64,000 bases of DNA, from the IMG/VR virus record IMGVR_UViG_3300042731_008559. One strand, 5' to 3'. The translations under genes were made by a program, and so were the position numbers. The stretch is from an uncultured virus (IMG/VR IMGVR_UViG_3300042731_008559) (taxonomy: Duplodnaviria > Heunggongvirae > Uroviricota > Caudoviricetes). Below the pieces are notes generated by a model, which was given only the letters and a program-made list of their open reading frames with translations, ran no database searches and was not told where the DNA came from. Shown piece by piece: positions 8,638-18,404 of this stretch (positions are counted from its first letter, which is position 1; each line of letters starts with the position of its first letter).

Positions 8638-9606
8638 ATGGATGCCGTTCCATCCGTCCTATGGACGATTCACAACAAGCACAAAAGCAAGATGACACTT
8701 TACAAACACCAATTGGTTCATGTCGAGGGAAAGCATAAGTACACCAATCCAGGGGGTTTTGTTCAGAGAGGCGGTCAGCAGTACGTCATAGCCCGAAGAA
8801 ATCCAGCTTCTGCTGACATGGCAACCTCATCAGCCGTTAGCTCTGATATCGTGCTCCTCGAACGCAAGCGGAGCAGGCTTCTCGTTGACACTGGTGTCGT
8901 TCTCTTGAAGGGAGATCTCGAAAGGGGCGTCTCCTACGAAGATCCCCGCCTCATACACGGGGAGATTGGCTTCACTTACACCTATGTGAGCAAGAGCGGC
9001 TATAGCTCGTGGCTCATGGGGCTCCACCGCGGTAATCCTAGTGAGTTCAACAAGCAGATGCGGCCAGATATCTCCCCGAGTAAGAACGGTTTTCTGTTCA
9101 GGGCAGGCGACGACACCGCGATTGTCGTAAGCCGGCCCGATCTCGAAAAAGAGGTGCGACTGTACAAGGTCAAGGATATCAAGAGCGCTCTCCGGGGCTT
9201 TACTCTCAAAACGTCGAGGATGTGGTGGGAAGATCGTTTTCTTGCCAAAATCACTGTGCCTTCATGGTTGAGGGGCGAGCGAGGCTCTTTCGGCCACGTG
9301 GGGTTTGGGACGATCATTCATCCCCGGGCTGCCGTCATTCATTTTGGGCGAGGTGACGAGACAGGAAAGTACTACGTGACTGCGCTTCAGCGGCTGTCGC
9401 CGCAGGGTGCTCCTGATGGGCCTCCAGAAATAATCGCAGAGCCGGCGTCGGAACTCCCAGAGGGGGACGTGCCGGGTGTTATCTACACGCAGATGGCCTG
9501 GCTTGAAGGTAAGGAGCTTGTCCTGTGGTCAGGTCACGATGATTCGATGATCGTCGAGACGCGGCTGAAGGCGCCACGGTGGGTTGTTGATACGGGGGCG
9601 GCGTGA
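8638..9606 (+). CDS. GH130 (DUF377)-like beta-propeller glycosidase/phosphorylase
   Basis: YTNPG, YEDPRL, SKNGFL, GDVPGVIY and WSGHDD motifs; SD GGAGG favours ATG 8638. Confidence 0.7.
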   Translation: MDAVPSVLWTIHNKHKSKMTLYKHQLVHVEGKHKYTNPGGFVQRGGQQYVIARRNPASADMATSSAVSSDIVLLERKRSRLLVDTGVVLLKGDLERGVSYEDPRLIHGEIGFTYTYVSKSGYSSWLMGLHRGNPSEFNKQMRPDISPSKNGFLFRAGDDTAIVVSRPDLEKEVRLYKVKDIKSALRGFTLKTSRMWWEDRFLAKITVPSWLRGERGSFGHVGFGTIIHPRAAVIHFGRGDETGKYYVTALQRLSPQGAPDGPPEIIAEPASELPEGDVPGVIYTQMAWLEGKELVLWSGHDDSMIVETRLKAPRWVVDTGAA

Positions 9607-10250
9607 TGGAGAAGGAAAGAGAAGAAGTGGGGCAGTGCACGAAACCACACCTGAAAAGGGAGAGCCTGCCTAACGAAAGACAAGGGGTCACCTGGAAGGT
9701 CAAGATTGGGGACTTGAACGGCGTTCAGCTCGGTGAAACGTCGATGCCAGCGGAGGGCGTCTACATCAAGGCATACATCAGGACGGGTGAGTACCAGGAT
9801 GGTGAGCTGGGCGAAGTGTTCATCTCTCCAGACAAGGAAGGATCGTTCATTCAGGGTGTGCTCGATGGTTTTGCTCTGTTGCTCTCCATTGCTCTCCAGT
9901 ATGGTGTACCCCTGGAGAAGATAATAGAAAAGTTCATGAACATCCGGTTCGAGCCATCGGGGATGACGAGTGACAGAGCTGTCCCGATGGCGACTTCGTT
10001 TTTTGATCTGATGTTCAAAAAACTAGCGCTGAGGTACCTCGATTCAAAGACTTGCGGCGAGCTTGGTATCGCGGATCGAAGCAAGCCTGAAGAAGGAGAA
10101 GGGAATGCCGAAGAAGAGTGGCAGAGTAGTGCGGGGCGGGTCACGACGGGGCTCTCAGGGTCGCCGTTCCACGACCCGAAAGTCAAGCAACCCCCAGTCT
10201 CGGAAGATGTCGAAGGCGGCGCAGATGAGGAAGCTCTCACGGGAGCTTGA
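9606..10250 (+). CDS. Stand-alone TSCPD domain protein (C-terminal domain of class II ribonucleotide reductase)
   Basis: GEYQDGELGEVFI..KEGS..SIALQYGVPLE..RFEPSG..ATSFFD. Confidence 0.85.
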   Translation: MEKEREEVGQCTKPHLKRESLPNERQGVTWKVKIGDLNGVQLGETSMPAEGVYIKAYIRTGEYQDGELGEVFISPDKEGSFIQGVLDGFALLLSIALQYGVPLEKIIEKFMNIRFEPSGMTSDRAVPMATSFFDLMFKKLALRYLDSKTCGELGIADRSKPEEGEGNAEEEWQSSAGRVTTGLSGSPFHDPKVKQPPVSEDVEGGADEEALTGA

Positions 10251-10506
10251 GAAAGAAGAACAGAAGGCTGCGTCTTCCTCGAAGCAGGCAGCAAAGCTCC
10301 GTGAGCGCATCATCAAAATGCGTGACAGGTGCCCTCATGCTCGGCTGGAGAGAGACCCTAGCACAGGTATTGTGACCTGTAAGGACTGCTTTGCGGAGGT
10401 CGGCTTTCCGAAGCAGCATAGCGTCGAGGTCGAAGAGGAGCACGGCGAGGAGGACAGCGATAGCTTCCAGGACGACGACGGCTACTACGAAGACGACGAA
10501 GAATAG
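10105..10506 (+). CDS. Basic N-terminus / CPH..CKDC zinc ribbon / acidic tail protein
   Basis: MPKKSGR start after AGGAG; R/K-rich N-half, CPH and CKDC, D/E tail; overlaps the low-complexity tail of the TSCPD gene. Confidence 0.6.
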   Translation: MPKKSGRVVRGGSRRGSQGRRSTTRKSSNPQSRKMSKAAQMRKLSRELEKEEQKAASSSKQAAKLRERIIKMRDRCPHARLERDPSTGIVTCKDCFAEVGFPKQHSVEVEEEHGEEDSDSFQDDDGYYEDDEE

Positions 10507-10515
10507 GGGGCGCGG

Positions 10516-11742
10516 TTGGACGTTATTTACCTGTCCCGCTTCGGCTCTTGCTGCGGCGTGTCGACCTATACCGAGCAACTTGCTCAGGCTGTAGCAAACG
10601 CTAAGCTCGAAGTGAGCGCGCTTGCCTCTGATCATTCCGAGAAGGGAAATGTCTGTCGAGATGCGATACCTAATGTGCCGTCCATTGTGAGCTGGTCGGA
10701 GCAGGGGGCCATTCGCAAGGTGCTCTCAGAGGTATTAGAGCAGCGACCAAGAGTCATCCATATCCAGCATGAATTCGGTATTTTCAGGGACACCGAAGGA
10801 CTCTACAATCTCTGCATAGAGATTCGGCGCAGGTCCCCCGAGACCAAACTGGTTCTCACAGCGCACACGGTGCCTCCGGGGGTGAAGAGCCACAAAGACG
10901 CCTTCATACGCCTGATATGCGAGGTGGACGCCGTCATCGTGCATTCCCATCTCGCGAGGACGGTCATGGTGCGTTACCCCGGTGCCAACAATATCAAGCA
11001 TCTACAAGTGATCCCTCATGGAATGATCGGCCCTGTAGAAAGGGTGTCCCGAGAAAAGGCGGAGCAAGAGCTGGGCATCGAGCCCAAGGATAATCGCTTT
11101 ACGCTATTGTCTCTCGGCTTCATGACGAGAAACAAAAAACACGTGATGCTCTCTCACCTCATCGCGGCGATTGTCCAGAGGCGAATGATCGCTCCGAAGG
11201 AGATCCTTCTCATTATTGCTGGGATGCCGACGATCGATGAGGAAGGGTGTCGCCTGCTCAACTCGCTCAAGCTCACCATCGAGCGACTCAAAATAAAGGA
11301 CCACGTCAGGCTCATCCCTGAATTTATCCCCTTTGAGAAGCTGCCTATCTATTACGGCGCGGCAGACATTGCTGTTCACATGTGCGAGCACAGCTTCCAT
11401 AGCTCGTCTGGGAGCGTTCGCATGGACCTCGCCTACGGGATGCCGGTGTTGGTGCAGAAGGCAGAGCTGACCCAGGACTTACCTCCAGGAGTGGTCCAGT
11501 TTTTCAACCGTCCGAACGACCTTTTGACGCAGTTGCCCGTTCTGGCCAAGCAGCCGGCTCGTCTTCGAGCAATGTCAGCGGGCGCTCACAATATGGCCGA
11601 GCGGAACTCGTGGCGGAAGACGGCGGCGATCCACACGGCCTTGTATCGACAGTTGGCCGGAAAAGACCTCGGTGACCCAGGTGGTAGTGTCCGAGCTGCG
11701 ATATTCCATTCTTGCGGAAGTCTATTAGGAGGCAAGTTTTGA
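10516..11742 (+). CDS. GT-B (GT4-family) glycosyltransferase
   Basis: CGVSTYT, IHIQHEFG, TAHT, VIPHG, LGF....K and SSG motifs. Confidence 0.9.
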   Translation: MDVIYLSRFGSCCGVSTYTEQLAQAVANAKLEVSALASDHSEKGNVCRDAIPNVPSIVSWSEQGAIRKVLSEVLEQRPRVIHIQHEFGIFRDTEGLYNLCIEIRRRSPETKLVLTAHTVPPGVKSHKDAFIRLICEVDAVIVHSHLARTVMVRYPGANNIKHLQVIPHGMIGPVERVSREKAEQELGIEPKDNRFTLLSLGFMTRNKKHVMLSHLIAAIVQRRMIAPKEILLIIAGMPTIDEEGCRLLNSLKLTIERLKIKDHVRLIPEFIPFEKLPIYYGAADIAVHMCEHSFHSSSGSVRMDLAYGMPVLVQKAELTQDLPPGVVQFFNRPNDLLTQLPVLAKQPARLRAMSAGAHNMAERNSWRKTAAIHTALYRQLAGKDLGDPGGSVRAAIFHSCGSLLGGKF

Positions 11743-12893
11743 AGGTCGCTTTTGTGTCGAGGTGGGGAGTTCAGTGCGGGATCGCGACCTACACTGATCA
11801 GCTCGTAAAGGCCATCATGGATCATGGGCCAGACTGCGAGTGCGCAGCCGAGAATCTCATTGGGATCAAGGAGATAAGCGTCGAGTCGAGAATAGCCTTC
11901 GACCGCTGCTGGGATGGACGAATCGGATCCCTCGATGGAATCTTTCAATTTTTAAAGAGCACGAGACCCCAGGTCGTGCACTTTCAGCACGAGTTCGGGC
12001 TTTTCGATCACGCCAAGCAACTCATCAACCTCCTGGGGAAGATCAAGGCGCTCCGCATCCCTGTGGTGTTTACCTGTCACACGGTGATGCCAGCGCCTCA
12101 TGAAAAGCATTGGTTCTTCAGGGATGTGCTCAACGATGCTCACGCCATTGTCGCGCATAACGAGAGCACACGGGCAGCTCTCATCAAGGGGTGGAGGCAT
12201 CCTGCGAACAAGGTCCGCGTCATTCCTCATGGGACGCCAGAAGAGTGCTCGGCTGGGAATCGCATGGAGGCTCGAAGGGAGCTTTTCCTTCCCGAGGACC
12301 CAAACCTGGTCATTGCAATTTCTCTGGGGTTTATTACCCCCGGAAAGATGCAGCACGAGGCGGTTCAGGCGATTGTCTGGCTCGTACAGGAAGGCCTTCT
12401 CGATCCGAGGAGATTCTTGTACATCATCGCTGGTGAGCCGGGTCAGAACGATCAGGGTAACATTGAATACTGTCGAGCCCTTCACAATATCCTCTACGAT
12501 GCAAGGGCCTGGAACTATATTCGGATCGTCCCGAGCTTCGTTTCAAGGGAGAAGCTGCCTGTTTGGTACGGGGCCTCTGACTTCGTCATTACAGGATCGC
12601 ATGAGACCTTCTTCTCGGTCTCTGGTCGTTCTCACCAAGAGATGGCATTTGGCATGCCTTCCATCTCTTCAAACGCTCGCCTCCTCTCTGATCTCAATGA
12701 GAAGAGGTCGCTCAAATACACGTCCATGCCTCAGCTCAGGTCGCACATCCTCACGATGGTTCGTGACCCGAATGTCAGGAGGCAGCTCTCTCGCAGGAGT
12801 CGGGAATTTGCCGAGGAGACGTCATGGACGAACGTTGCACTGAAGCATATTGAGCTGTACGAGCAGCTCACAGGAAAGAAGACGGGGAAGTAG
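11739..12893 (+). CDS. GT-B (GT4-family) glycosyltransferase, paralog of the previous gene
   Basis: KVAFVSRW..CGIATYT, VHFQHEFG, VIPHG, LGFITPGK; TTG start overlapping the upstream stop. Confidence 0.9.
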   Translation: MKVAFVSRWGVQCGIATYTDQLVKAIMDHGPDCECAAENLIGIKEISVESRIAFDRCWDGRIGSLDGIFQFLKSTRPQVVHFQHEFGLFDHAKQLINLLGKIKALRIPVVFTCHTVMPAPHEKHWFFRDVLNDAHAIVAHNESTRAALIKGWRHPANKVRVIPHGTPEECSAGNRMEARRELFLPEDPNLVIAISLGFITPGKMQHEAVQAIVWLVQEGLLDPRRFLYIIAGEPGQNDQGNIEYCRALHNILYDARAWNYIRIVPSFVSREKLPVWYGASDFVITGSHETFFSVSGRSHQEMAFGMPSISSNARLLSDLNEKRSLKYTSMPQLRSHILTMVRDPNVRRQLSRRSREFAEETSWTNVALKHIELYEQLTGKKTGK

Positions 12894-12894
12894 G

Positions 12895-14688
12895 ATGAAA
12901 ATCGTCTGTGTGGGTTTTTATGGACATGGCAACGCTGGTGATGAGGCGATCGCTCGTTCTATAGACCGATACCTGAGAAGACCGTTTCACAATGTGGAGC
13001 TGCTCTTCTCGACCGAGATGTCGCCTGAATCAGCAGCCAAGGTTAACGAGAAGAACCCATTCTACAACGATCGAAACATCATTTCCGTCTACGACATGGA
13101 GACCATTCAGGAGCCTGACATCGTCATCGTCGGCGGCGGTGACCTCTCGGCCATCTACGGGATGACCCAGGTCGTTAAAGCCATGGAGTCGAACCGGGCC
13201 AATCTCATCGCTCGGCTTGGAACGTCGGCCAAGGACGACTTTGTTAAGGGCGGTTCGAAGTCCGTCGACTTGGTTCGTTCGTCACTCAACATCTTCGACT
13301 ACATTTCCGTGCGAGATAGGGCCAGCTTCGATGTTGTTGGCTCCATGGGGATTCAGGGCGTACACATGGGTGCAGACCTCGCGATCGACTACCCACTGAA
13401 CACCCAAGGACATGAGCTGCGAAAACCCTATGCGGTGCTGGCGGTGCGTGAGGTGCGTGACGGGGATGCCTCGAAGCAGATCAAGATTGCTGACACTCTG
13501 CTTTCAGCTATGAAACGTGAAGTCAAGGACGTTTTTGTCCTTCCTTTCTGCGCAGCAGACCAGCAGTTCTTGAAGTCGGGTCCTGCGCGTAGCGACATGA
13601 AGATTATCGAGGACGCCTGGACGGACCCAGGCAAGCTCGCCTACATTATCGCTCACGCAGAGCACGTGGTCAGCGTAGGTCGGCTTCACCCGCTTGTCTT
13701 CTCGGTGGGCAATCGTGTTCCATGCTTTGCAGTGACTTATCCATGGCTCAGCGGCTACGACAAGATCAACGGCTTCATGCACCACGCTGGCCAGGGACAC
13801 CGGGTTGCCGACTGGGGTTTGCCGCCCGCAGAGATCGGGGCCATGGCCCATGACGCCATCAGGACTCGTCATCGCGACAAGGAAAGTCTGAATATCTACA
13901 GCGGGCACCTAAAGGGGCTCATGTTGGAGTCACTCTGCCCCATCTGGAACGCCATGGAGGCTGGTCACGGACTCGGGCTCGAACGAGGGATGAAGAAGGG
14001 TGAATTCAGGGTTGACGACTACGATGAGTCCTACTTCTACGGCGCCCGCGTCTACAAATCTCCAGAGGGTTTCCGGGTATACCACCCCACCCGTGGCGAC
14101 TGGGAGGGCTGGAATGTCATCAGAGACCTCGTCGTCCAGACGATGCGTCCTCAGACTTTGATTGATGTTGGCTGTGCCCGCGGATGGTTCATCAAGAGGA
14201 TGATCGATTCCGGAGTAAAGGCCGAGGGGATCGACTCCTCAAGAGCCGCCTGGAAGGAAGCGGCCACGCCAGAGGTGCAGAAACATATCAAGGTCGGTCA
14301 GCTCACCGACCTCGAACACCGGCGATACGATGTCTTGACGGCTTTCGACGTCATGGAACACATCTTCGAGGAGGACGTCGAGGACGCCATCCAGGCGATG
14401 AAGAACGCCGCTGGGCGCTACATCGTCATGAACATCTGCACCTCTCCAGACAACGAGGGCACCCACAGCATCAAGAAGGGCGCTCCCATTCCGGACGACC
14501 TCGAATGGCTAGCGGTGAGCGGTCACGTCACGATCAGGCATCGCCCCTGGTGGAAAGGTCGTCTAGAGGATGAGGACTGGGAGGTCGACGATGAGATCTT
14601 CCAGAAGTGGTTCAATCACCCAGGGTTCCAGTTTCCGTCGTGGGGACACAATAACCTGGTTATCCTGAAAAGGCGCGGAGCAAAATGA
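12895..14688 (+). CDS. Polysaccharide pyruvyltransferase fused to a class I SAM methyltransferase
   Basis: GFYGHGNAGDEA, VGGGD, SVRD and RLH motifs; C-terminal IDVGCARG, GID.S and FDVMEH. Confidence 0.9.
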   Translation: MKIVCVGFYGHGNAGDEAIARSIDRYLRRPFHNVELLFSTEMSPESAAKVNEKNPFYNDRNIISVYDMETIQEPDIVIVGGGDLSAIYGMTQVVKAMESNRANLIARLGTSAKDDFVKGGSKSVDLVRSSLNIFDYISVRDRASFDVVGSMGIQGVHMGADLAIDYPLNTQGHELRKPYAVLAVREVRDGDASKQIKIADTLLSAMKREVKDVFVLPFCAADQQFLKSGPARSDMKIIEDAWTDPGKLAYIIAHAEHVVSVGRLHPLVFSVGNRVPCFAVTYPWLSGYDKINGFMHHAGQGHRVADWGLPPAEIGAMAHDAIRTRHRDKESLNIYSGHLKGLMLESLCPIWNAMEAGHGLGLERGMKKGEFRVDDYDESYFYGARVYKSPEGFRVYHPTRGDWEGWNVIRDLVVQTMRPQTLIDVGCARGWFIKRMIDSGVKAEGIDSSRAAWKEAATPEVQKHIKVGQLTDLEHRRYDVLTAFDVMEHIFEEDVEDAIQAMKNAAGRYIVMNICTSPDNEGTHSIKKGAPIPDDLEWLAVSGHVTIRHRPWWKGRLEDEDWEVDDEIFQKWFNHPGFQFPSWGHNNLVILKRRGAK

Positions 14689-15713
14689 GTGAGACGCCGT
14701 TCTTCTCTGTAGTCGTTGCGACATGTCGGCCGGATTATCCTTTCAGGCATCACGACTGGCATGTGCTCGGAAAGATCATTGAGAGCTGCCAGAAGCAGAC
14801 TTTCAAGGATTTCGAGCTGATCGTCGTTGACCTGATGCGCGACTATCGCCACGATTACATGGATCAATGGCGTGAGAAGGTCGACTTTCCAATTCTGCAC
14901 ATCATCGACAAAGACAGCGTTTTCCGTGACTTGATGCTGACTCGAATCTGCTCTGCAAAAAACACTGGGCTCCTCTACGCGAGGGGGGAATTTGTCGTCT
15001 TTAGCGACGACGGTCAGGACTGGTCCGAGGACGCATTCAGTCGTCTCTACACCTGGGCCAAGTCCGGGGTAGGTGCTACATGTCGGCTGCATAGAGACAA
15101 TGGGAGAGGCGCTGTAGAGATCGACTCCAGGTGGATGGCATATAAGATAGAGGGGACGCTGAGGACAAAGCTCGTGGATGCTCAGCACATTGGCTACCTC
15201 GGGGGCACTCTTTCAATGGTGCCAATCGAAACCATGGTTCAGTGCAACGGCTGGGACGAGATGTTCGACGGGAGTCGACAGCTCGAAGATAGTGACATGG
15301 CCAAGCGCCTGGGTGCTACTGGCCTCAAAATGGCGCTCGAAGGTCATCCGAAGGTCATCGAGTTCGCGATGCACAGTTGTGATGCTCAGGTCTACCGCCA
15401 TAGCATCAATACAAAGTGCAACGGCGCGTACATTTACCCTCTCTGGGATGAGCGCAAGGATCGAATCAGGGCGAATGATAAGCTGCTGACGGACGAGCAA
15501 CTACACTCTTTCCTGTTCGGTAATTGCTGGAAGCTCGGTGGAAAAGGGGAGTGCACCGTTAGCAAGGACGAGTGCCAAGGCGAATGGAAACGTCGTTCGC
15601 TGATGAACATTTACCAGGATGAGCGGCTTGTGTTTGATCTTGCCGAGCTGAGGGCGGAGCGGTCCTGGGAGACAGTCGATGAGGACCCGCTGCTGCTGGG
15701 AGAGAAACCATGA
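14685..15713 (+). CDS. GT-A (GT2-like) glycosyltransferase
   Basis: SVVVAT, QTFKDFELIVVD, KNTGL..ARGE, SDD and NGWDE...ED. Confidence 0.85.
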   Translation: MSETPFFSVVVATCRPDYPFRHHDWHVLGKIIESCQKQTFKDFELIVVDLMRDYRHDYMDQWREKVDFPILHIIDKDSVFRDLMLTRICSAKNTGLLYARGEFVVFSDDGQDWSEDAFSRLYTWAKSGVGATCRLHRDNGRGAVEIDSRWMAYKIEGTLRTKLVDAQHIGYLGGTLSMVPIETMVQCNGWDEMFDGSRQLEDSDMAKRLGATGLKMALEGHPKVIEFAMHSCDAQVYRHSINTKCNGAYIYPLWDERKDRIRANDKLLTDEQLHSFLFGNCWKLGGKGECTVSKDECQGEWKRRSLMNIYQDERLVFDLAELRAERSWETVDEDPLLLGEKP

Positions 15714-16720
15714 AACTGTCTGTAGTGATGCACACTTGCCGTGAGGACAATGATCAGCTTCCAGACTCCGTCCTCAGGATGATGACAAATGCCATCGTCA
15801 ACCAAGACTACTCGGGAGAGGTCGAATTGATCATCGTCGACCTGCTCTGGAAGGACCGTAAGGGCCAGGTGCCGCTCACTCTCAACAGTCGAATGGGGCA
15901 AACCATCCCTGTGCTCCATACTCCGGACAAGTCGAGCCCCTTTAAAGACCGTGGGCTGCTTCGCATCGCAACACCGAAGAACACTGGGCTCATCATGGCC
16001 ACGGGCACCCACGTCGTCTTTACCGATGACTGCCAGGTAATCCCAGAGAACGCTCTTTCACTCATTGCTGGTTGGGCTGAACAGGGCGCCGGGTGCACCA
16101 TGGCCTACGAGAAGCGAGTGCTCGGTGTTGACGGGGAAGATGATCGGGTCACTGGCGTCGATCAGCGGGGAGTGCATCTTGGCATTCAAGAAGGTGAAGG
16201 TAAGCTCAAGCCAGCGAGAGATATAGGCTTTCTTGGCGGTACGATGTCCATGGTGCCGATGGAGACACTCCGAAAGGTCAACGGCTGGGACGAAATGTTC
16301 GACGGGAGCCGACAGCTCGAAGACGCCGATATGATCGTGCGACTCGCAGCAGCCTCGCAGATGATGGCCTACGAGAACACGGCTCGTATCATCGAGTACG
16401 AGTGTGGGGCCTACGGCGACGTTGTCAACACGCAGCCCATCAAGTGCAACGGCGCCTACGCGCAGTACGTGTGGAGTCTCGGCCGCACCGAGGCCAACAA
16501 GCTCATGGGCGACCAGCTCGACGAGGCCGTCCGGAGGATGTATTGGGAGGACTGCATTCGGTATCGCGAGGGAGACAAGTGCTGGCCGCATGACGGTGAC
16601 TGCACCAAGCTCGGCGAGCTGGATGAACTGGAGGCGGTCTACAAGGACTTGCGCCTCAACTTCGATATCACTCGGGAGCAGGAGCGCCGGGACGAGATCG
16701 TGGAGGCACTGGTCGGATGA
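15710..16720 (+). CDS. GT-A (GT2-like) glycosyltransferase, paralog of 14685
   Basis: ELIIVD, KNTGL, TDD; shares GxLGGT.SMVP.ET and NGWDEMFDGSRQLED with 14685. Confidence 0.85.
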   Translation: MKLSVVMHTCREDNDQLPDSVLRMMTNAIVNQDYSGEVELIIVDLLWKDRKGQVPLTLNSRMGQTIPVLHTPDKSSPFKDRGLLRIATPKNTGLIMATGTHVVFTDDCQVIPENALSLIAGWAEQGAGCTMAYEKRVLGVDGEDDRVTGVDQRGVHLGIQEGEGKLKPARDIGFLGGTMSMVPMETLRKVNGWDEMFDGSRQLEDADMIVRLAAASQMMAYENTARIIEYECGAYGDVVNTQPIKCNGAYAQYVWSLGRTEANKLMGDQLDEAVRRMYWEDCIRYREGDKCWPHDGDCTKLGELDELEAVYKDLRLNFDITREQERRDEIVEALVG

Positions 16721-17385
16721 GCGTTGCGGATCATTACTGGTATCGAGAGGCGGTCGGAGGTCCAAAGGCAAGAGACCCGCTTTTCTGGAACGAACTCGGA
16801 GCCCTTCAGCTTCGATTTCTCAAGGAGCAGGGTCTTGTTCCTGAGCATAGAGTGCTGGAGGTGGGGAGTGGTCCGTTTCGAGCAGGACGCTATCTGATGG
16901 GCTATCTGAATGAGGGCAATTACTTCGGTTTAGAGAAAGAGTACAAGTTCGTCGCTGCCGGTTTTGAAAGTGAGCTACTCGTCTTTGACGATTGGAAGGC
17001 CAACTTCATGGTCATGGTCAACGACGACTTCGATCTCTCAATGCTGCCTCCATGGGTGTCGATCGACATCGCCATCTCGCACTCAGTTTTTACACATCTT
17101 GTACCGGATCAGATAGAGAGGTGCATAAGAAACGTAGTCGAGAGGCTCTACCCAGATGGTGTGTTCTTTTCTACGTTTCATCCGGGGCCTGAAATCGACG
17201 TTAGCAGCCCTCTCGACGGGGATCAGGGGTGGCGCAAGGGAGAACGCTGGCTGACCAAGTATCCCATCTCGGTGATGAGTGAAATCGCCGAAAAGGCCGG
17301 CGCCAAGTTCGGGTATGTTGGTGAGTGGGGCCATCCCGATAACCCGAGTGGATTTCAGATGATGGCTCAATTCACGAGGCCCTGA
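16717..17385 (+). CDS. Class I SAM-dependent methyltransferase
   Basis: GLVPEHRVLEVGSG, YFGLE, SVFTHL and L.PDG. Confidence 0.9.
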   Translation: MSVADHYWYREAVGGPKARDPLFWNELGALQLRFLKEQGLVPEHRVLEVGSGPFRAGRYLMGYLNEGNYFGLEKEYKFVAAGFESELLVFDDWKANFMVMVNDDFDLSMLPPWVSIDIAISHSVFTHLVPDQIERCIRNVVERLYPDGVFFSTFHPGPEIDVSSPLDGDQGWRKGERWLTKYPISVMSEIAEKAGAKFGYVGEWGHPDNPSGFQMMAQFTRP

Positions 17386-18404
17386 TGATTTCTATTATCG
17401 TATCCCTGGGCTTCATCAAGCAAGGGAACATGGGCGACCTGAGCCTCGGTGACGAGTTCGATCACCTCGCGCCCATCGCCAAAGCTCAGTGCAACTGGGA
17501 GCTGGTAATTGTCGATCGAGCATGGCCAACTCGTTTTGGTCGTGTCGAGGAAGCGCTTGGTTCGGTGATAGACCGAGTTAAGTACGTCCCTTGTAAGCCA
17601 TCGAGGATGGTCGAGATAGGCTACCGAGCTGTCAACGCTCAGCGCAACTCTGGAGCGATTGTGTCTCAGGGTGACCTACTGATGTTCCTTGACGACTTTC
17701 TTCTCATCGACCCCTTGGTGGTTGATGAAATTCATTGGACCTTCTACGAACAGGGGCTCGTCTTGTGTCCTGTCATCAGAGAGGATGACTACCCCTTGGA
17801 GAAGTACGGCGATGCTCTGACCCCGTTTAGCGGACATAACCCGGGCATTTACATGGCGAAGCGTTGCGTGTTCGAGGAGCTGGGAGGCTTCGACGAGAAC
17901 TACGACGGGGCTTATGGAGAGGAAGACACGGACTGGCAGAACCGCCTCGATATCTATCTTGAGGTTTTTCACCTTCCTCATCGTCAGAGGCGGCGCGGGG
18001 TCATCTTCCCCCAAACAAAGCATCGGAACGGCAAGTTCCCAGAGCCGAGATTCCCTCCGTGGTCCATCGAAACGGATCCGGAGTACCTGAGATGCAACCG
18101 GGTCTTTTATCAGCGGATTTCAGGGCCTCGTATCGAGGATCGTGATTGGCAGGGCAACCGCAAGCTCACTGATGAGGAGAGGTCCAGGTTGAGGGTGGGG
18201 AGCTGCAGCCCGGCTTGCGGCGTCTGCAAGCGCGAGGATCGTCCTCTTCAGCTCAAGAGCTACCGGGTGATGGGTCCTGACGAGCATGTCGTCACCAAGA
18301 TGAGGATGGTTGCTGAGGGAGGCGTCAAAGTGGGCTCAGGCAGCTTCAATCCCTGGTCGGAGATCCAGAGCAAGCTGTTCGAGTGGGAGAGCAAGGATGT
18401 CTGA
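17385..18404 (+). CDS. GT-A (GT2-like) glycosyltransferase
   Basis: WELVIVD, RNSG, FLDD and GGFDE.YDG.YGEEDTD. Confidence 0.85.
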   Translation: MISIIVSLGFIKQGNMGDLSLGDEFDHLAPIAKAQCNWELVIVDRAWPTRFGRVEEALGSVIDRVKYVPCKPSRMVEIGYRAVNAQRNSGAIVSQGDLLMFLDDFLLIDPLVVDEIHWTFYEQGLVLCPVIREDDYPLEKYGDALTPFSGHNPGIYMAKRCVFEELGGFDENYDGAYGEEDTDWQNRLDIYLEVFHLPHRQRRRGVIFPQTKHRNGKFPEPRFPPWSIETDPEYLRCNRVFYQRISGPRIEDRDWQGNRKLTDEERSRLRVGSCSPACGVCKREDRPLQLKSYRVMGPDEHVVTKMRMVAEGGVKVGSGSFNPWSEIQSKLFEWESKDV

